Shown here: positions 1 through 12,070 of the stretch, piece after piece
Numbering within the stretch: the first letter of the stretch is position 1
Layout: the number at the start of each line of letters is the position of its first letter
Assembly: GCA_951406725.2 (NCBI GenBank)
Contig: OX597827.1
Coordinates: 45,074,001 to 45,138,000 of the forward strand
Direction: 5' to 3'
DNA length: 64,000 nucleotides
Origin: Octopus vulgaris
Taxonomy: Eukaryota
The notes under the pieces: generated by a model
What the model was told of the DNA's origin: nothing
What the model saw: the letters and a program-made list of their open reading frames with translations, nothing else
The model's database searches: none
Made by a program: the position numbers and the translations under genes

Positions 1-1029
1 CATGGGAACGCGAATGGGCCCCAACTATGCGAACCTGTTCGTTGGCTATGTTGAGGCCCAAATATTCTCTAGTTTCACTGGTCCCACTCCCAAACTATAC
101 GGTCGTTACATTGACGACATTATCGGTGCCACCTCACTCTCACGTGAACATCTAGATTCCTTCTTCTCTTTCGTTCAATCCTTCCATCCTGCCCTCCACT
201 TCACCCCCACTATCTCCAACACCTCTGTCTCCTTCCTCGGCATTTCGGTCAGCATTCATCACTCCACTCTTACCACCTCCATTCACTACAAACACACAGA
301 CTCACACTCATACCTAAACTTCTCTTCCTCCCACCCCAAACACACCAAGCTTTCCATCCCCTATTCCCAGTTCCTCCGTCTACGTAGGCTCTGTAGTGAC
401 GACCATGACTTTGAGACTCAGTCTCAACGTATGGCTCACCACTTCATCCTACGTGGATACCCCCTCACCACTATCCACACCGCCCTTGCCAGAGCACGTT
501 CCGTGGACCGTGTATCTGCTCTCTCTCCCCGAACCCGCCCTGTAGTCTCCCGCCTCCCTTTTCCCCTCACTTACCACCCCACGACCCTACCTCTCCAACG
601 CACCATTCTTCGAGCTTTCCGGCATCTCCAGTCCGACCCGTCCACTTCACACCTCTTCCCTAACCGACCCTCCCCTCCTTCAAACGAGCCCATAACCTAC
701 GAGACCTCTTGGTCCACAGCTCCTTCCCTGACCCTACCTCTCAACTTGGCTCGTTCCCCTGCTCCCGCCCACGTTGCCACACTTGCCCTTACCTCTCCAA
801 CACCACCCTCCTCACTGGCACCCATCATCGACCCTATCGCATCATCAACTCCTTCACCTCCGTGACATCCGCCTTGCCAACGACACACCGGTCTCACGCC
901 ATTTCCGCTCCACCGGTCACTCCTTGCAACACCTGTCTGTGTTCGGAGTGTTCTTGCACCGAGGCCATCCGGATTCCCGTTTGCGCCGTGAACAGGAATT
1001 AATCTTCTCTCTTCGCTCTTTTACGCCAT

Positions 1030-1440
1030 TCGATCTCAACTCTCCCCCCTTCTCATCTAACCTCCCCCCGTCTCCTACTTCTCTTCAGTCCTTCATCTTT
1101 TCACCCCTACTCTCTTTCCCTCCTCTTCTTTCCCTCCTCTTCTTTCCTCTTTCTTCTTCCCTCTTCCCCTTCTCTCTTTCTCTCTGGTCTCTCACTCCAC
1201 TTCTCTCCCCTCCCCCTCTCCCCTCCTTTCCCCCTCCTCTTCTCCTCTCCTTCCCCCCTCTCAACCCCCTTCCCTCTCCTCTCCTTCTTTCTCCCCATCC
1301 CCCCTCATCTCCTCTCCTCTCTCCCCTCCCTCCACTCCTCCCTCTCTCTTCTCTCCCCCTTTTACTCTCCCCACAACCCCCACTCTACCCCAACCCCCAG
1401 CCGAACCCACACCCCACATGGGCTTTCCCCCACCTCCCAC
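1030..1440. repeat. Polypyrimidine (CT-rich) low-complexity tract in PLE 3' region
   Basis: Almost pure C/T on the + strand. Confidence 0.9.
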
Positions 1441-1738
1441 CACACTATACTACACTACACTATAAGACACTACACTACACCATACGACACTACACGTCAC
1501 ATCATACATACATACACACGTCCAGACCTTTCATACGCACATACATACTCTCTCATACACACACGCACCCTTATGTTGGGGCGAGGTCATTTGACCTTGT
1601 TATCTCCCCTACTATCCCTCTTGCGTCTAACGTCTGATCTCTGACTTCTGGCCGAAATCAGACCGCCATGTTAATTCGTTAGCTCCTGCACGCAATTTTT
1701 TTCTCTCCTTGTTTCTCTCCGTGTTTCTTTTCTGTGTA

Positions 1739-1776
1739 TCTTTCTGTTGAAGAGCGTAGGCTCGAAACGTAAAAGA
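1739..1776 (+). ncRNA. Minimal type-I hammerhead-like motif, A6U core variant (family H1)
   Basis: tcttt-CTGTTGA-a-gagc(gtag)gctc-GAAA-CG-TA-aaaga: stem I tcttt/aaaga, stem II gagc/gctc, palindromic ACGT in place of stem III. Confidence 0.65.
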
Positions 1777-1992
1777 CTTGTTTTATTTCTATTCCTGAGC
1801 GCTATACTAATACAATTGTTTGTTTGTACTCCACCTGCCTTCGTCTTTTGTTTATTTTCGTAAGCTTCCCGTTATATACATGTATATATGTACACACACA
1901 CACGTATATATGTACACACACGCGCACACATACACGCACTATATGTGTTTACACATACATATATGTGTGTGAGTACATACGTACATACTTAC

Positions 1993-2035
<43 letters not shown>

Positions 2036-2475
2036 ACACACACACACACACACTCACACACACACACACACACACACTCACACACACATATGAGAGTATG
2101 TATGTGTATGTATACATAGAGTCAGCGATCTGAAGGCTCAAACGAGCTCTATAAATACTTAATGCAAACAAGTAGAGTTTATATTTATGGATAAAATTTG
2201 TAAATATATTGCTACTAACCTCTAGTCTCGTGACTTTAGTTAATAAACACAGACGTGCGCGCGTACACACACTCACACGTCTTTTATTGTTTTTACTTCT
2301 TTCGGTCATTGAACTGCGGCCATACTGGGGCGCCGCCTTCAACAAATCAACAACTGTACTTATAATTTTAAAAAAAATCAGCTACCTATTTATTGTATCA
2401 GGCTCTTCTGCTGAACAGCTAAGTTACGGGGACATCTACAAACCAACACTAGTTGTCAAGTGGTGCGGGGCACAA

Positions 2476-2511
<36 letters not shown>

Positions 2512-2906
2512 GCACACACACACACACATACACAACACAGGCACACACACAGACACACACAACACACACACACACACACAACATACAAACACGCTAGCAC
2601 ACACACATGCATGTTTGTCATTTGACCGCGGCCATGCTGGAGCACCGCCTTTAGTCGAACAAATCGATCCCAGGACTAATTCTTTGTAAGCCTAGTACTT
2701 ATTCTATCGGTCTCTTTAACCGAACCGCTAAATTACGAGGACGTAAACACACGAACATCGGTTGTCAAGCAATAGTAGGGAACAAACGCAGACACACACA
2801 CATGAACATACACACACATATATATGTATGAGTATATACACAAGTACAAACGCACGCGCATGTATATACACACACATATATATATTTTAACGAGCTGTGT
2901 CTATTT

Positions 2907-3012
2907 ATCAGCCGATGAGATACATCTGCACCGTCGGATGCTCCTGAACCAGTTGTTGAGTGTCCCATCCATGAAGGATCGATACTAAATGTGCCGAAAC
3001 AATTGTCGTGGT
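2907..3012 (+). ncRNA. Degenerate type-I hammerhead, U4C core
   Basis: atcag-CCGATGA-gatacat...atgtgcc-GAAA-CAATTG-TC-gtggt; stems I and II imperfect, stem III palindromic. Confidence 0.55.
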
Positions 3013-3084
3013 TAGTAACAAATTTTCTCATATATTTCATCTGTTTTTCATTTGCCATATGATAGATCGTTAGCTACTACACAC

Positions 3085-3380
3085 ATTTTATTTCTCTCCT
3101 TGTTTTTTTTTCTGTGTATCTTTCTGTAGAAGAGCGTAGGCTCGAAACGTAAAAGACTTTTTCTATTCCTGAGCGCTATACTAATATATTTGTTTGTTTG
3201 TACACCACCTGCCTTCGTCTTTTGTTTATTTTCGTAAACTTTCCCTTTATATATGTATATATACAGGGAGAATTCACAAAAAAACAAAAGACGAAGATAG
3301 GTGGTGTAGACAACAAACAGATGTATTAGTATAACGTTCGAGAAGTGAAAATGTCTTTGACGTTTCGAGCCTGCGCTCTT

Positions 3381-3415
<35 letters not shown>

Positions 3416-3426
3416 GACACACACAG

Positions 3427-3461
<35 letters not shown>

Positions 3462-3630
3462 GTTGAAATTTACAGAAAAACAAAAGACGAAGTCAGGTGT
3501 GTAAATAACAAACAGGTGTATTAGTTTAACGCTTGGGAAGGTGATAAAGTCTTTTATGTTTCGACAGAAAGGAACACGATGAAATAAACACATAGAGAAT
3601 AAAAAACTTTTGGAGCTAGCGGTTGATCAT
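3085..3630. mobile_element. Cluster of H1 pLTR-like repeats: + copy 3085-3250 (HHR 3119-3156), - copies ~3267-3385 (HHR 3353-3385) and ~3460-3630
   Basis: Same sequence as 1700-1875; tail-to-tail around a TA tract at ~3250-3265. Confidence 0.8.
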
Positions 3631-3660
3631 AACATATATATGTGTGTGTATGTGTATGCG

Positions 3661-3706
<46 letters not shown>

Positions 3707-4559
3707 TTTACATTAAGGCAGAAATGCATAAATTTCACATATAGTTCATACTTTATTTGTGCTCAACATCTGTTGCAATAAAGGACAACCAAAAATATAA
3801 TTACATAATTATGATACATAGTTACCGCCTTTATCCCGATCATGACAATGATGATGATGACGATCATCATCATCATCGTCGTATATGTATATATTTGTGT
3901 GTCTCTGTTTGTCACCCCATCATCGCTTGATTACCGATGTTCGCGTGTTTACATCCCCGTAACTTAGCGGTTCGGCAAAAGACATCGATAGAATATGTAC
4001 TAGGCTTATAAAAAATAAGTCCTAGAGTCGATTTGCTCGACTAAAGGCGGTGCTCCAGCATGGCCGCAGTCAGATGACTGAAACAAATAAAAAAAGGAAA
4101 GATTATATGCTCTGCGGTTCCTGTTACTGCTGCTGCTGTTGTTGTTGTTGTTGTTGTTAAGCAACAAGACGGGTAAGGGTGATTAGGTGATGGTCTAGGG
4201 CTTAGGGGCGGGAGACTCCAGACCTTGGAAAAAAAAAAACTTTGGTCGTCTTGTTGTAGTCGAGGGCTCTTCGTTGACGCCCGACACCACTGGGAGGTGG
4301 CCCTCGAAGTCGCTGGAAATGGAGATCTCCAGGTCCAAATTCTTGAACGGCTGCTGCTGCTGCTGCAATTGTTCTTGCCACAACCGTTTGTTACAGTTGC
4401 TGTTGTAATCGTTGCTGCTACTGCTTGTTGTTGTTTTATTGTTCTCTAGCCATAGAACAGCCCTGATCAGACGACCTCATTTTTGAGTATATTCCCTGTT
4501 CTGAGTTCAAATTTCGCCGTTCTGAGTTCAAATTCTTGCTCATTAGCGTTTGCTTAAGA

Positions 4560-4959
4560 GAGTAGTTCCCAACCATTTTTTTGCCCATGAACTCCTTTGA
4601 TCCCCATTTTACTATACTGGACCTCCATAACTATTCTTTGTAAATATATATATAAAAAAATCCTGCTGTATTTTTATAATTAATTATTATTTGGAATTGT
4701 ATAAAAAATTAAAATATTTTTGTGTCTTGCAGAAGAATGAGCAATTTATTTATATCAGATAAATTTTAACAATAAAATCTTGTATGGACACCCATAATTT
4801 TTTCACACCTCATAAATCATTCGTTAATCGTTATATGTAGCCCACGTTTGTGTTGTCTGTCCATGTAGTGTCCCCTCTATATTTAGGCTTCATGCCGAGA
4901 ATAAAAACGAATCTGATATGGACCCTCGAAGGCCATATAGATCCCGGTTGAGAACCACA
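4560..4959. mobile_element. Probable hAT (Charlie-like) MITE
   Basis: Ends agtagttcccaacc ... ggttgagaaccac resemble CAGTGGTTC(C/T)CAACC TIRs; AT-rich non-coding interior. Confidence 0.5.
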
Positions 4960-4979
4960 AGTTGAAAACATTAAAATAC

Positions 4980-5385
4980 GGAATATGCTGTACTACTGAC
5001 TGATTCTGTAAGCAGATATCTGATCCTTTCAAGTTTGAACCATAATCCCGACGTCTATAACATGAACCGCCATTAACATTCTGAATTTTAGTTTCTATTA
5101 AATCTTTTGGGTATCCTTTTTCAAATTACCGTCGACCATGCGTAGTACATTGGGACCCTGCTACATACTTTTTATTACATTCGAAATATTCTTGGGTTCA
5201 CTTCTCTGTTCAGTAGTTCTGTAAATACAAATCTTTCATATACTTCTGGATCTAACTTATAATCCTTTCTTATTATGACTAAGAAATGACAATGGGATAA
5301 GCCACGTTTCTGAAACTTAATATTCCACATGTGCCCTACAACCGCTTCAAGAAATCCTTTTACCAATATACCGTCTAACATATTG
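4980..5385 (-). mobile_element. Helitron Rep domain fragment (pseudogene)
   Basis: IKFQKRGLSHCHFLV matches Rep motif 2 (EFQKRGLPHxH); downstream broken frames give YPKD and CYRRRD. Confidence 0.8.
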
Positions 5386-5486
5386 CTAGGGTCGATGCAA
5401 CCGACTTACCCACTCCCCGAAATTCTCGGCCCTCTGCCAAAATTTGAAACCAATATATTGTTAAGTTTCATAAAGAAGTTTCTATT

Positions 5487-5889
5487 CTGTGGCTGTGTGG
5501 TAAGTAGCTAGGCTACCAACCACATGGTTGCAGGTTCAGTCCCACTGCGTGGCATCTTGGGCGAGTGTCTTTTGCTATAGCCCCGGGCCAACCAATGCCT
5601 TGTGAGTGGATTTGGTAGATGGAAACTGAAAGAAGCCCGTCGTATATATATATATATATATATATGTGTATGTATATGTTTGTGTGTCTGTGTTTGTCCC
5701 TCTAGCATTGCTTGACAACCGATGCTGGTGTGTTTACGTCCCCGTCACTTAGCGGTTCGGCAAAAGAGACCGATAGAATAAGTACTGGGCTTACAAAGAA
5801 TAAGTCCCGGGGTCGATTTGCTCGACTAAAGGCGGTGCTCCAGCATGGCCGCAGTCAAATGACTGAAACAAGTAAAAGAGTAAAAGAGT
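5487..5889 (+). mobile_element. tRNA-derived SINE family S1 (representative near-complete copy) with internal TA/TG microsatellite
   Basis: Head gtggctgtgtggtaag...ggttcagtccc (A/B-box-like), body gatttggtagacggaaactgaaagaagcccg, tail gactgaaacaagtaaaaga. Other copies near 2280-2880(-), 3880-4100(+), 7605-7810(-), 8415-8850(-), 15905-16250(-), 20020-20475(-), 21850-22012(-), 39375-39805(-), 42960-43075(-), 47885-48240(+), 50465-50885(-), 52375-52847(-), 54428-54700(-), 60538-60780(+), 61510-61955(-). Confidence 0.9.
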
Positions 5890-6414
5890 ATTCATTAAAT
5901 CTGGATAAACATTTGAAATGTCTTTCCATTTCGAATTACACGTCAAAGTAACGAAACAAATCAGGTCTTCCTATCGTTTCTACAATAACCATGGCGCCTT
6001 GATATAAACGCCCGAGCCTCTCATAGGCCTCATATAAACGTTGGAAGTATTGCTACACGAAGTCCATGTGATACAACACAGCTCTAAGTTGTTCATGATT
6101 AGATCTTATCGTCGACTGTAATCTAGCTTTTTCAATTTTAGAATACATATCACAATATTATTCTTAGGTTAAACGACCTGAGCAGTGAAGATAATTGAAA
6201 ACATTTTCACGTAGCTTTAAGCCTTTGTTTATAATAAGAAAATGTAATTTTAATATTTTTTTCCTGCAACATTACATGCTAAACCAACTTTTCATCTTTT
6301 TCTTTTTACCAAATAGAAATAGCAAAAGAAAGTGCAGTGGGTTACAATTTGGATGAACAGATTTGATTGTTCCAAGTGAAGGCTCCTGTACAACACCCCG
6401 TTTACATAGCCTAA

Positions 6415-6735
6415 TAACTAACTGGCACTCCGTCGGTTACGGCGACGAAGGTTCCAGTTGAGCCAATCAACGAAACACCCTGCTCGTGAAATTAACGTGC
6501 AAGTGGCTGAGCACTCCACAGACACACGTACCATTCTCAGGGAGATTCAGCACAACACAGAATCTGGCAAGGCTGGCCCTTTGAAACACAGGTACTGCTA
6601 ATTTTTACCAGCTGATATGACTGGAGAAACGGGAAATAAAGTGTCTTGCTCAAGGATACATTGCTCCGCCGGGAATCGAACTTATGACCCGACGATCGCG
6701 AACCGAATACATTAACCACTATACCATACGTCTTC
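6415..6735 (-). mobile_element. tRNA-derived SINE family S3
   Basis: Reverse complement of the copy at 49393-49715. Confidence 0.8.
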
Positions 6736-7356
6736 ACATATAACCAAATACATCGTTCCTGTTGTAGGTTTTTCAAGTTAGTATTTGATAGAATTACTGC
6801 AACTTTGAAGGCAGCGACCTTGTAGAATCGTTAGCACGCCGGGTGAAATTCTAAGTGGCATTTCGTCTGTCTTTACGTTGATAGTTCAAAGTCCACCGAG
6901 GTCAACTTTGCCGTTCATCCTTTCGGAGTCGATAAATTAAGTACCAGTTGCGAACTGGGGTTAATCTAATCGACTGGCCCCATCCCCACATAATTTCTGG
7001 CCTTGTGCCTAGAGTGCCAAGGATAATTACTCTAATTTCTGTCGATCTTATGATTATAAACCGAGGTCTTAAACCAGAAGGAGCGTGGTTTAATGGTTAA
7101 AAGAGTTCGGTTCATCATCATAAAGTCGTTGGTTCAATTCCTGAACTGGGTGGCACATTGTGTTCTTGAGCGTAGACATTCATTTCACATTACTCCTGTT
7201 TTTTCAGCAGAAAACGAATATCAGCTGACACTTGGGTCGTCTCTCTTGCCCTCCAGCTGTTAAAATCCGGGTAACAAGAGTGGGAAAGTCGACAGAGTGT
7301 CTACATAGGCGGCTACATACCTAAAACAATTAGTTAAAGCATGGTTAGATATTACG

Positions 7357-7588
7357 TATTTCTTTACTACCCACAAGGGGCTAAACACAGAGGGGACAAA
7401 CAAGGACAGACAAACGGATTAAGTCGATTACATCGACCCCAGTGCGTAACTGGTACTTATTTAATCGACCCCGAAAGGATGAAAGGCAAAGTCGACCTCG
7501 GCGGAATTTGAACACAGAACGTAGTAGCAGACGAAATACCGCTAAGCATTTCGCCCGGTGTGCTAACGTTTCTGACAGCTCGCCGCCT
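7357..7588 (-). mobile_element. tRNA-derived SINE family S2 (Meta-domain-like core), representative copy
   Basis: ggcggcgagctg..agaaacgttagc head; core gcctttcatcctttcggggtcgat..aagtaccag. Other copies near 6808-7030(+), 9095-9310(-), 18045-18200(-), 22555-22690(+), 23680-23905(-), 26735-26915(+), 41230-41640(- x2), 47715-47885(-). Confidence 0.88.
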
Positions 7589-8198
7589 ATTAAAAAGTTT
7601 CTATCAGACTGAATTGCCGAACCGTTAAGTTACGGCTGGTTTTCAAGCAGCGCGGGCACACACACAGACACAGACACTGACACATACACAGACACACACG
7701 CCCCCGCCCCACAGTATGCATAAATATTTATACGATGTACTTCTATACAGTCCCCCGCCAACCAAATTCACTCTAAAGGCGTTGATCGGCCGACCCGGAG
7801 CGAGGTGCCAGTCGATCTTATACGATTTTAAAAGAAGTATGAGTTTTACTTTCTAGGAAAACACACACTCGCATGTATACAGAATCTTAGCTGAACAAAA
7901 GATTTTCAACATAAGTGCATGCAATGCCGTGCAAACTAATTGAAATTAAAAATAAACACTCAACATATAGGCATATAGAGAATGATATTAGACGAATTAG
8001 AAACCTCAATTTAATCTAATGAAATTTTCATTCACCCAGATTACTCATATGTCCCAGTCAACTGGGATCTGGTCACTGATTGTTATGACTGTGCTTTGCT
8101 GAAGAAGACTAATGAAGGCAAAAGCATTTATTGGAATATTTACTGTTAAAATATATATATATTTATGTTTTAATTATATCTTTATTTTATATTATTTT

Positions 8199-8288
8199 TT
8201 GACCTGAAGAGTGGCTATATATTTTAAAATTGAATATTAACTTTTAATATTATCAATTTATATATAGTCATGAAACGCGCATAGTCGA
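8199..8288 (+). ncRNA. Type-I hammerhead ribozyme motif, canonical core
   Basis: ttgac-CTGAAGA-gtggctatata...tatatagtcat-GAAA-CGCGCA-TA-gtcga; long stem II; one substitution in the palindromic stem III. Confidence 0.75.
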
Positions 8289-9406
8289 TTTAATGTTTGT
8301 TTGTTTTGTAATTTTTAGATTACTAATTATAATATATCTAATTAATTTCTATGTGGGTATTATAGATGATATCGTTTCAGTATTGATTGAATAACTAAAT
8401 AGCGGTTTGTCTCTATTCTTTATTCCTTATTTGTTTCAGTCACTTGATTGCGGCCATGCTGGAGCACTGCCTTTAGTCGAACAAATCGACATCAGGACTT
8501 ATTCTTTGTACCTTTAGTACTTATTCGATCGGTGTCTTTTGTCGAACTGCTAAGTTACGGGGACGTAAACACACTTACATCGGTTGTCAAGCGATGGTGG
8601 AGGGACAAACACAGACGGACATACAAATACATACACACACACGCACACACATACACACACACACAGACACATATATATATATATTCGTTGGACTTCTTTC
8701 AGTTTCCGTCTACCAAATCTTTGGTCACAAGGCTTTGGTCAGCCCGAAGTAATACTAGAAGACACTTGTAGAAGGTGTCACGCAGTGAGACTGAACCCGG
8801 AACCATGTAGTTGGGAAGCAAGCTACTTACCACCCAGCCATTCCTGAGCCTGTATATATACACACACACACACACACATGCATATATATATATATATATA
8901 TCGCCTGTACCATCGGATTTTGTTATACATAGCTGGTCACAATGCTCTTCACATTGTTTTTAGCTTTCGAATGATTTCGTCCCGCTGATTAGGTGACAAA
9001 CACACCACACACACACACACGCACACGCGTGCACACACACACGCGCGCGTGCGCACGCACACACACACACAATGTTATGCAATAGTATAAAATAATCTTT
9101 TCTACTAAATGTACATAGCCTGAAGTTTTGGGGGAGGAGAGTAGTCGATTACATCGACCTCAGTGTTTCACTGGTACTTAATTTATCGACCCCAAAAGGA
9201 TAATAGGCAAAGGCGATCCCGGCGGAATTTGAACTCAGAACGTAAAGACGGACGAAATGGCGCTAAGCATTTTGTCCGGCGTGCTAATGATTTTGTCAGC
9301 TCGCCGCCTTACAATAGTATAAGATAATGATTTCTTTTATTTATATAAATAATAAACAAAAACTATAATAAAGAGCTCTTATCAATGTGGAGTAGCTGAA
9401 TCCAGC

Positions 9407-9800
9407 AGGCGTAGGAGTGGCTGTGTGGTAAGTAGCTTGCTTACGAACCACATGGTTCCAGGTTCAGTCCCACTGCGTGAAACCTTCGGCAAGTGTCTTC
9501 TACTATAGCCTCGGGCCGACCAAAGTCTTGTGTGTGGATTTGGTAGACGGAAACTGAAAGAAACCCATCGTATATCTGCATATGTGTGTATACGTTTGTG
9601 TGTCTGTGTTTGTAGCCCCAACATCGCTTGACAACCGATGCTGGTATATTTACGTCCCCGTAATTTAGCGGTTCGGCAAAAAGAGACCGATAGAATAAGT
9701 ACTAGGCTTACAAAGAATAAGTCCTGGGGTTGATTTGCTCAACTAAAGGCGGTGCTCCTGCATGGCCACAGTCAAATAACTGAAACAAGTAAAAGAGTAA
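9407..9800 (+). mobile_element. SINE S1, full-length copy
   Basis: ggcgtaggagtggctgtgtggtaag through gaaacaagtaaaagagt followed by an A run. Confidence 0.9.
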
Positions 9801-9844
9801 AAAAAAAAAAGGGCTGCACGATCGGCATTTCAGACTAACGCAAG

Positions 9845-10510
9845 ATGTCTGAAGAATGGCTGAAGAATGGAAAATTCAAGAAAGAAAAACGGACGGATTC
9901 ATTATGGCTGCTCCGAGCCAGTCGTTACGAACGAATGTCATTAAAACAAAAATAGACAGAACCGCTTGAGAAGTGTTAAGTGCAGAATGTCTAACGAGAA
10001 AGGTGAGCCCGTTGCACACTCACTAAGTATTTGCAATCATTCGGTATAGAAAGAATATGAATGCAGACAAGATCGTGTCGCCAAAACATTACGCTGGGAC
10101 ATATTACGTCAAAAGAGTTTTGAAGTAAGCGGAAAATGATATCAACAACTGCTGAGTATGACGGAGAATGATCGGTTTAAGGTCTTATGGGATTTTATTG
10201 CACAGACGACCAGATATTATCATACTGGGCTATGTGTGAAAAGAGTGCATCATCATAGATGTGGTCGTGCCTCTTGATATGAATAAAGAACAGGAAAAAA
10301 GAAAACAAAAAATACCAAGAGTTAACAAGTCTAATTCGAAGATTGTTGGAAGTTTTCTGCAAAAGTAATCTCAGTAGTTATAGGCGCCCAGCAGACTTGG
10401 TGGTTTCTTTTTATAAAATCAGAGGAACTACGAAAATTACGCTAATGCACAAAACTATTAGGAACGGCAAGGATTGTTCGAGAAGTTCTCGATATCTAAG
10501 GAAACATTAT
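9845..10510 (+). mobile_element. Decayed REL-endonuclease LINE (R4/Dong-like) C-terminal fragment
   Basis: Broken frames give KCRM..EKGE.VAH, RQDRVAKTLRWDI and ENDRFKVLWDF, homologous to 33840-34490. Confidence 0.65.
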
Positions 10511-10966
10511 GACCCGGTATCAAGGACATTGTTTCCAAATGTAACACAGTGCATATTTATGTAGCATAGGCACAAGTCCTCGTATTATGACAAAGGGATA
10601 GTCGTTACGTGTTGAGTGTGTGTGTGTGTATGTGTGTGTGTGTGTGAGTGTGTGTGTTTGATACCCTAACAGTAGTATAGTGTACTAAAGACGGAATCGA
10701 GAAGACGTTTTGATTGGTTGATTCGTTGATGACTGTCTGGTGACTGTTAGGAAATTATAATTAGTTACAGGTTTATCTCTATGGAAACTTATTCTTACAG
10801 AAAGCTCTCTCTCGGAGTTGATGCGATGTGGATGGTAGGTTAGCAGATGGTGGTGGTGGTGGGTGGGCAAACAAAACGCTGACATATTTGATAATTTTCT
10901 ATTTTTATGTGTACGAATGTGTACGAGTATGCATATATACCAGTGCGTTTTGTGTATTTCTTTGTG

Positions 10967-11010
<44 letters not shown>

Positions 11011-11439
11011 TGTGTTTGCGTGTGTGTGTGTGTGTGTGTTGGCTAAATTGTACAAGAAAAATGTCTGGAATATATCTGAAAAACAATTTCTGCGCAGTGT
11101 TGTTTGTAACGTGTTTAGGTGTAAAGGTTAGAGAGGTCATCATTGTACTAAGACAACAGCGAAAGCAATTACCACAACAACAACAACAATAACAACAGCC
11201 GCAGTGCTCAGCCAACAAAGAGGAAGCCTCCACGTGGTCGTTCGACCTGTTAAAAATAGCAAACAAATCGACTTCAAATCACACTTTACCGTTTAAACCA
11301 GGAGTTTTCAATCATTTAAAAAAAAAAAAAAAAATCCTTGCAATACACCACGACGTCAAAAAAACCTTTGAACTTTACGTAAAGCTGTTATTATTGTCAT
11401 TACTTTATTTTTATATTTATTTTTATACTTTCTAAACTT

Positions 11440-11577
11440 TCCTGTCTCCTTGTTTTTTCTGTGTCCCTTTCTGTAGAAGAGCGTAGGCTCGAAATGTAAA
11501 AGACATTTTCTATTCCTGAGCGTTTGTTTTGTACACCACCTGTCTTCGTCTTTTGTTTTTTTCGTAAATTCTCCCTA
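11440..11577 (+). mobile_element. H1 pLTR-like repeat with HHR-like motif (11467-11502)
   Basis: cttt-CTGTAGA-a-gagc gtag gctc-GAAA-TG-TA-aaag; ends in (TA)n. Confidence 0.75.
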
Positions 11578-11827
11578 TATATATATATATATATGTTACT
11601 AGAGAATATGAACACACATCGTGGAAAATTGTGACCGTGATCCATTTTTTGTTATTTTTTTGTTTATCGAACCTTGATAACTTTCAGTTCTCACAGGGTC
11701 TTTTGGACCAACTGGCACAGTCTTTATTAAATTTTGCGACTTTGCGATAGATCTCAACAGTTGTACTCTTGCGATAATTTTTTTCCTAAGCGACCTGTCT
11801 TCGTCTTTTGTTTTTTTCGTAAATTCT

Positions 11828-11874
<47 letters not shown>

Positions 11875-12070
11875 ACTAGAGAATATGAACACACATCGTA
11901 GAAAATTGTGACAGGGATCCATTTTTTGTTATTTTTTTGTTTATCGAACCATGATAACTTTCAGTTCTCACAGGGTCTTTTGGACCAACTGGCACAGTCT
12001 TTATTAAATTTTGCGACTTTGCGATAGATCTCAACAGTTGTACTCTTGCGATAATTTTTTTTCCTAAGCG
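11539..12070 (+). repeat. Direct tandem duplication, ~255-280 bp unit
   Basis: 11539-11792 repeated at 11793-12070 with few substitutions and a different TA length. Confidence 0.9.

Larger units (their letters stand above)
1..1875 (+). mobile_element. Penelope-like retroelement (Neptune-like), 5'-truncated by the window edge and decayed: RT C-terminal half, Cys-rich linker, GIY-YIG tail, polypyrimidine tract, 3' pLTR with HHR motif
   Basis: ORF 2-865 has MGTRMGPNYANLF, RYIDDI and HPKHTKLSIPYSQFLRLRRLCS (PLE RT and thumb). A shifted frame has PCSRPRCHTC. A third frame has HLRDIRLANDTPVSRHF...RLRREQELIFSLRSFTPFDLN, a typical GIY-YIG C-terminus. Frameshifted. Confidence 0.9.
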
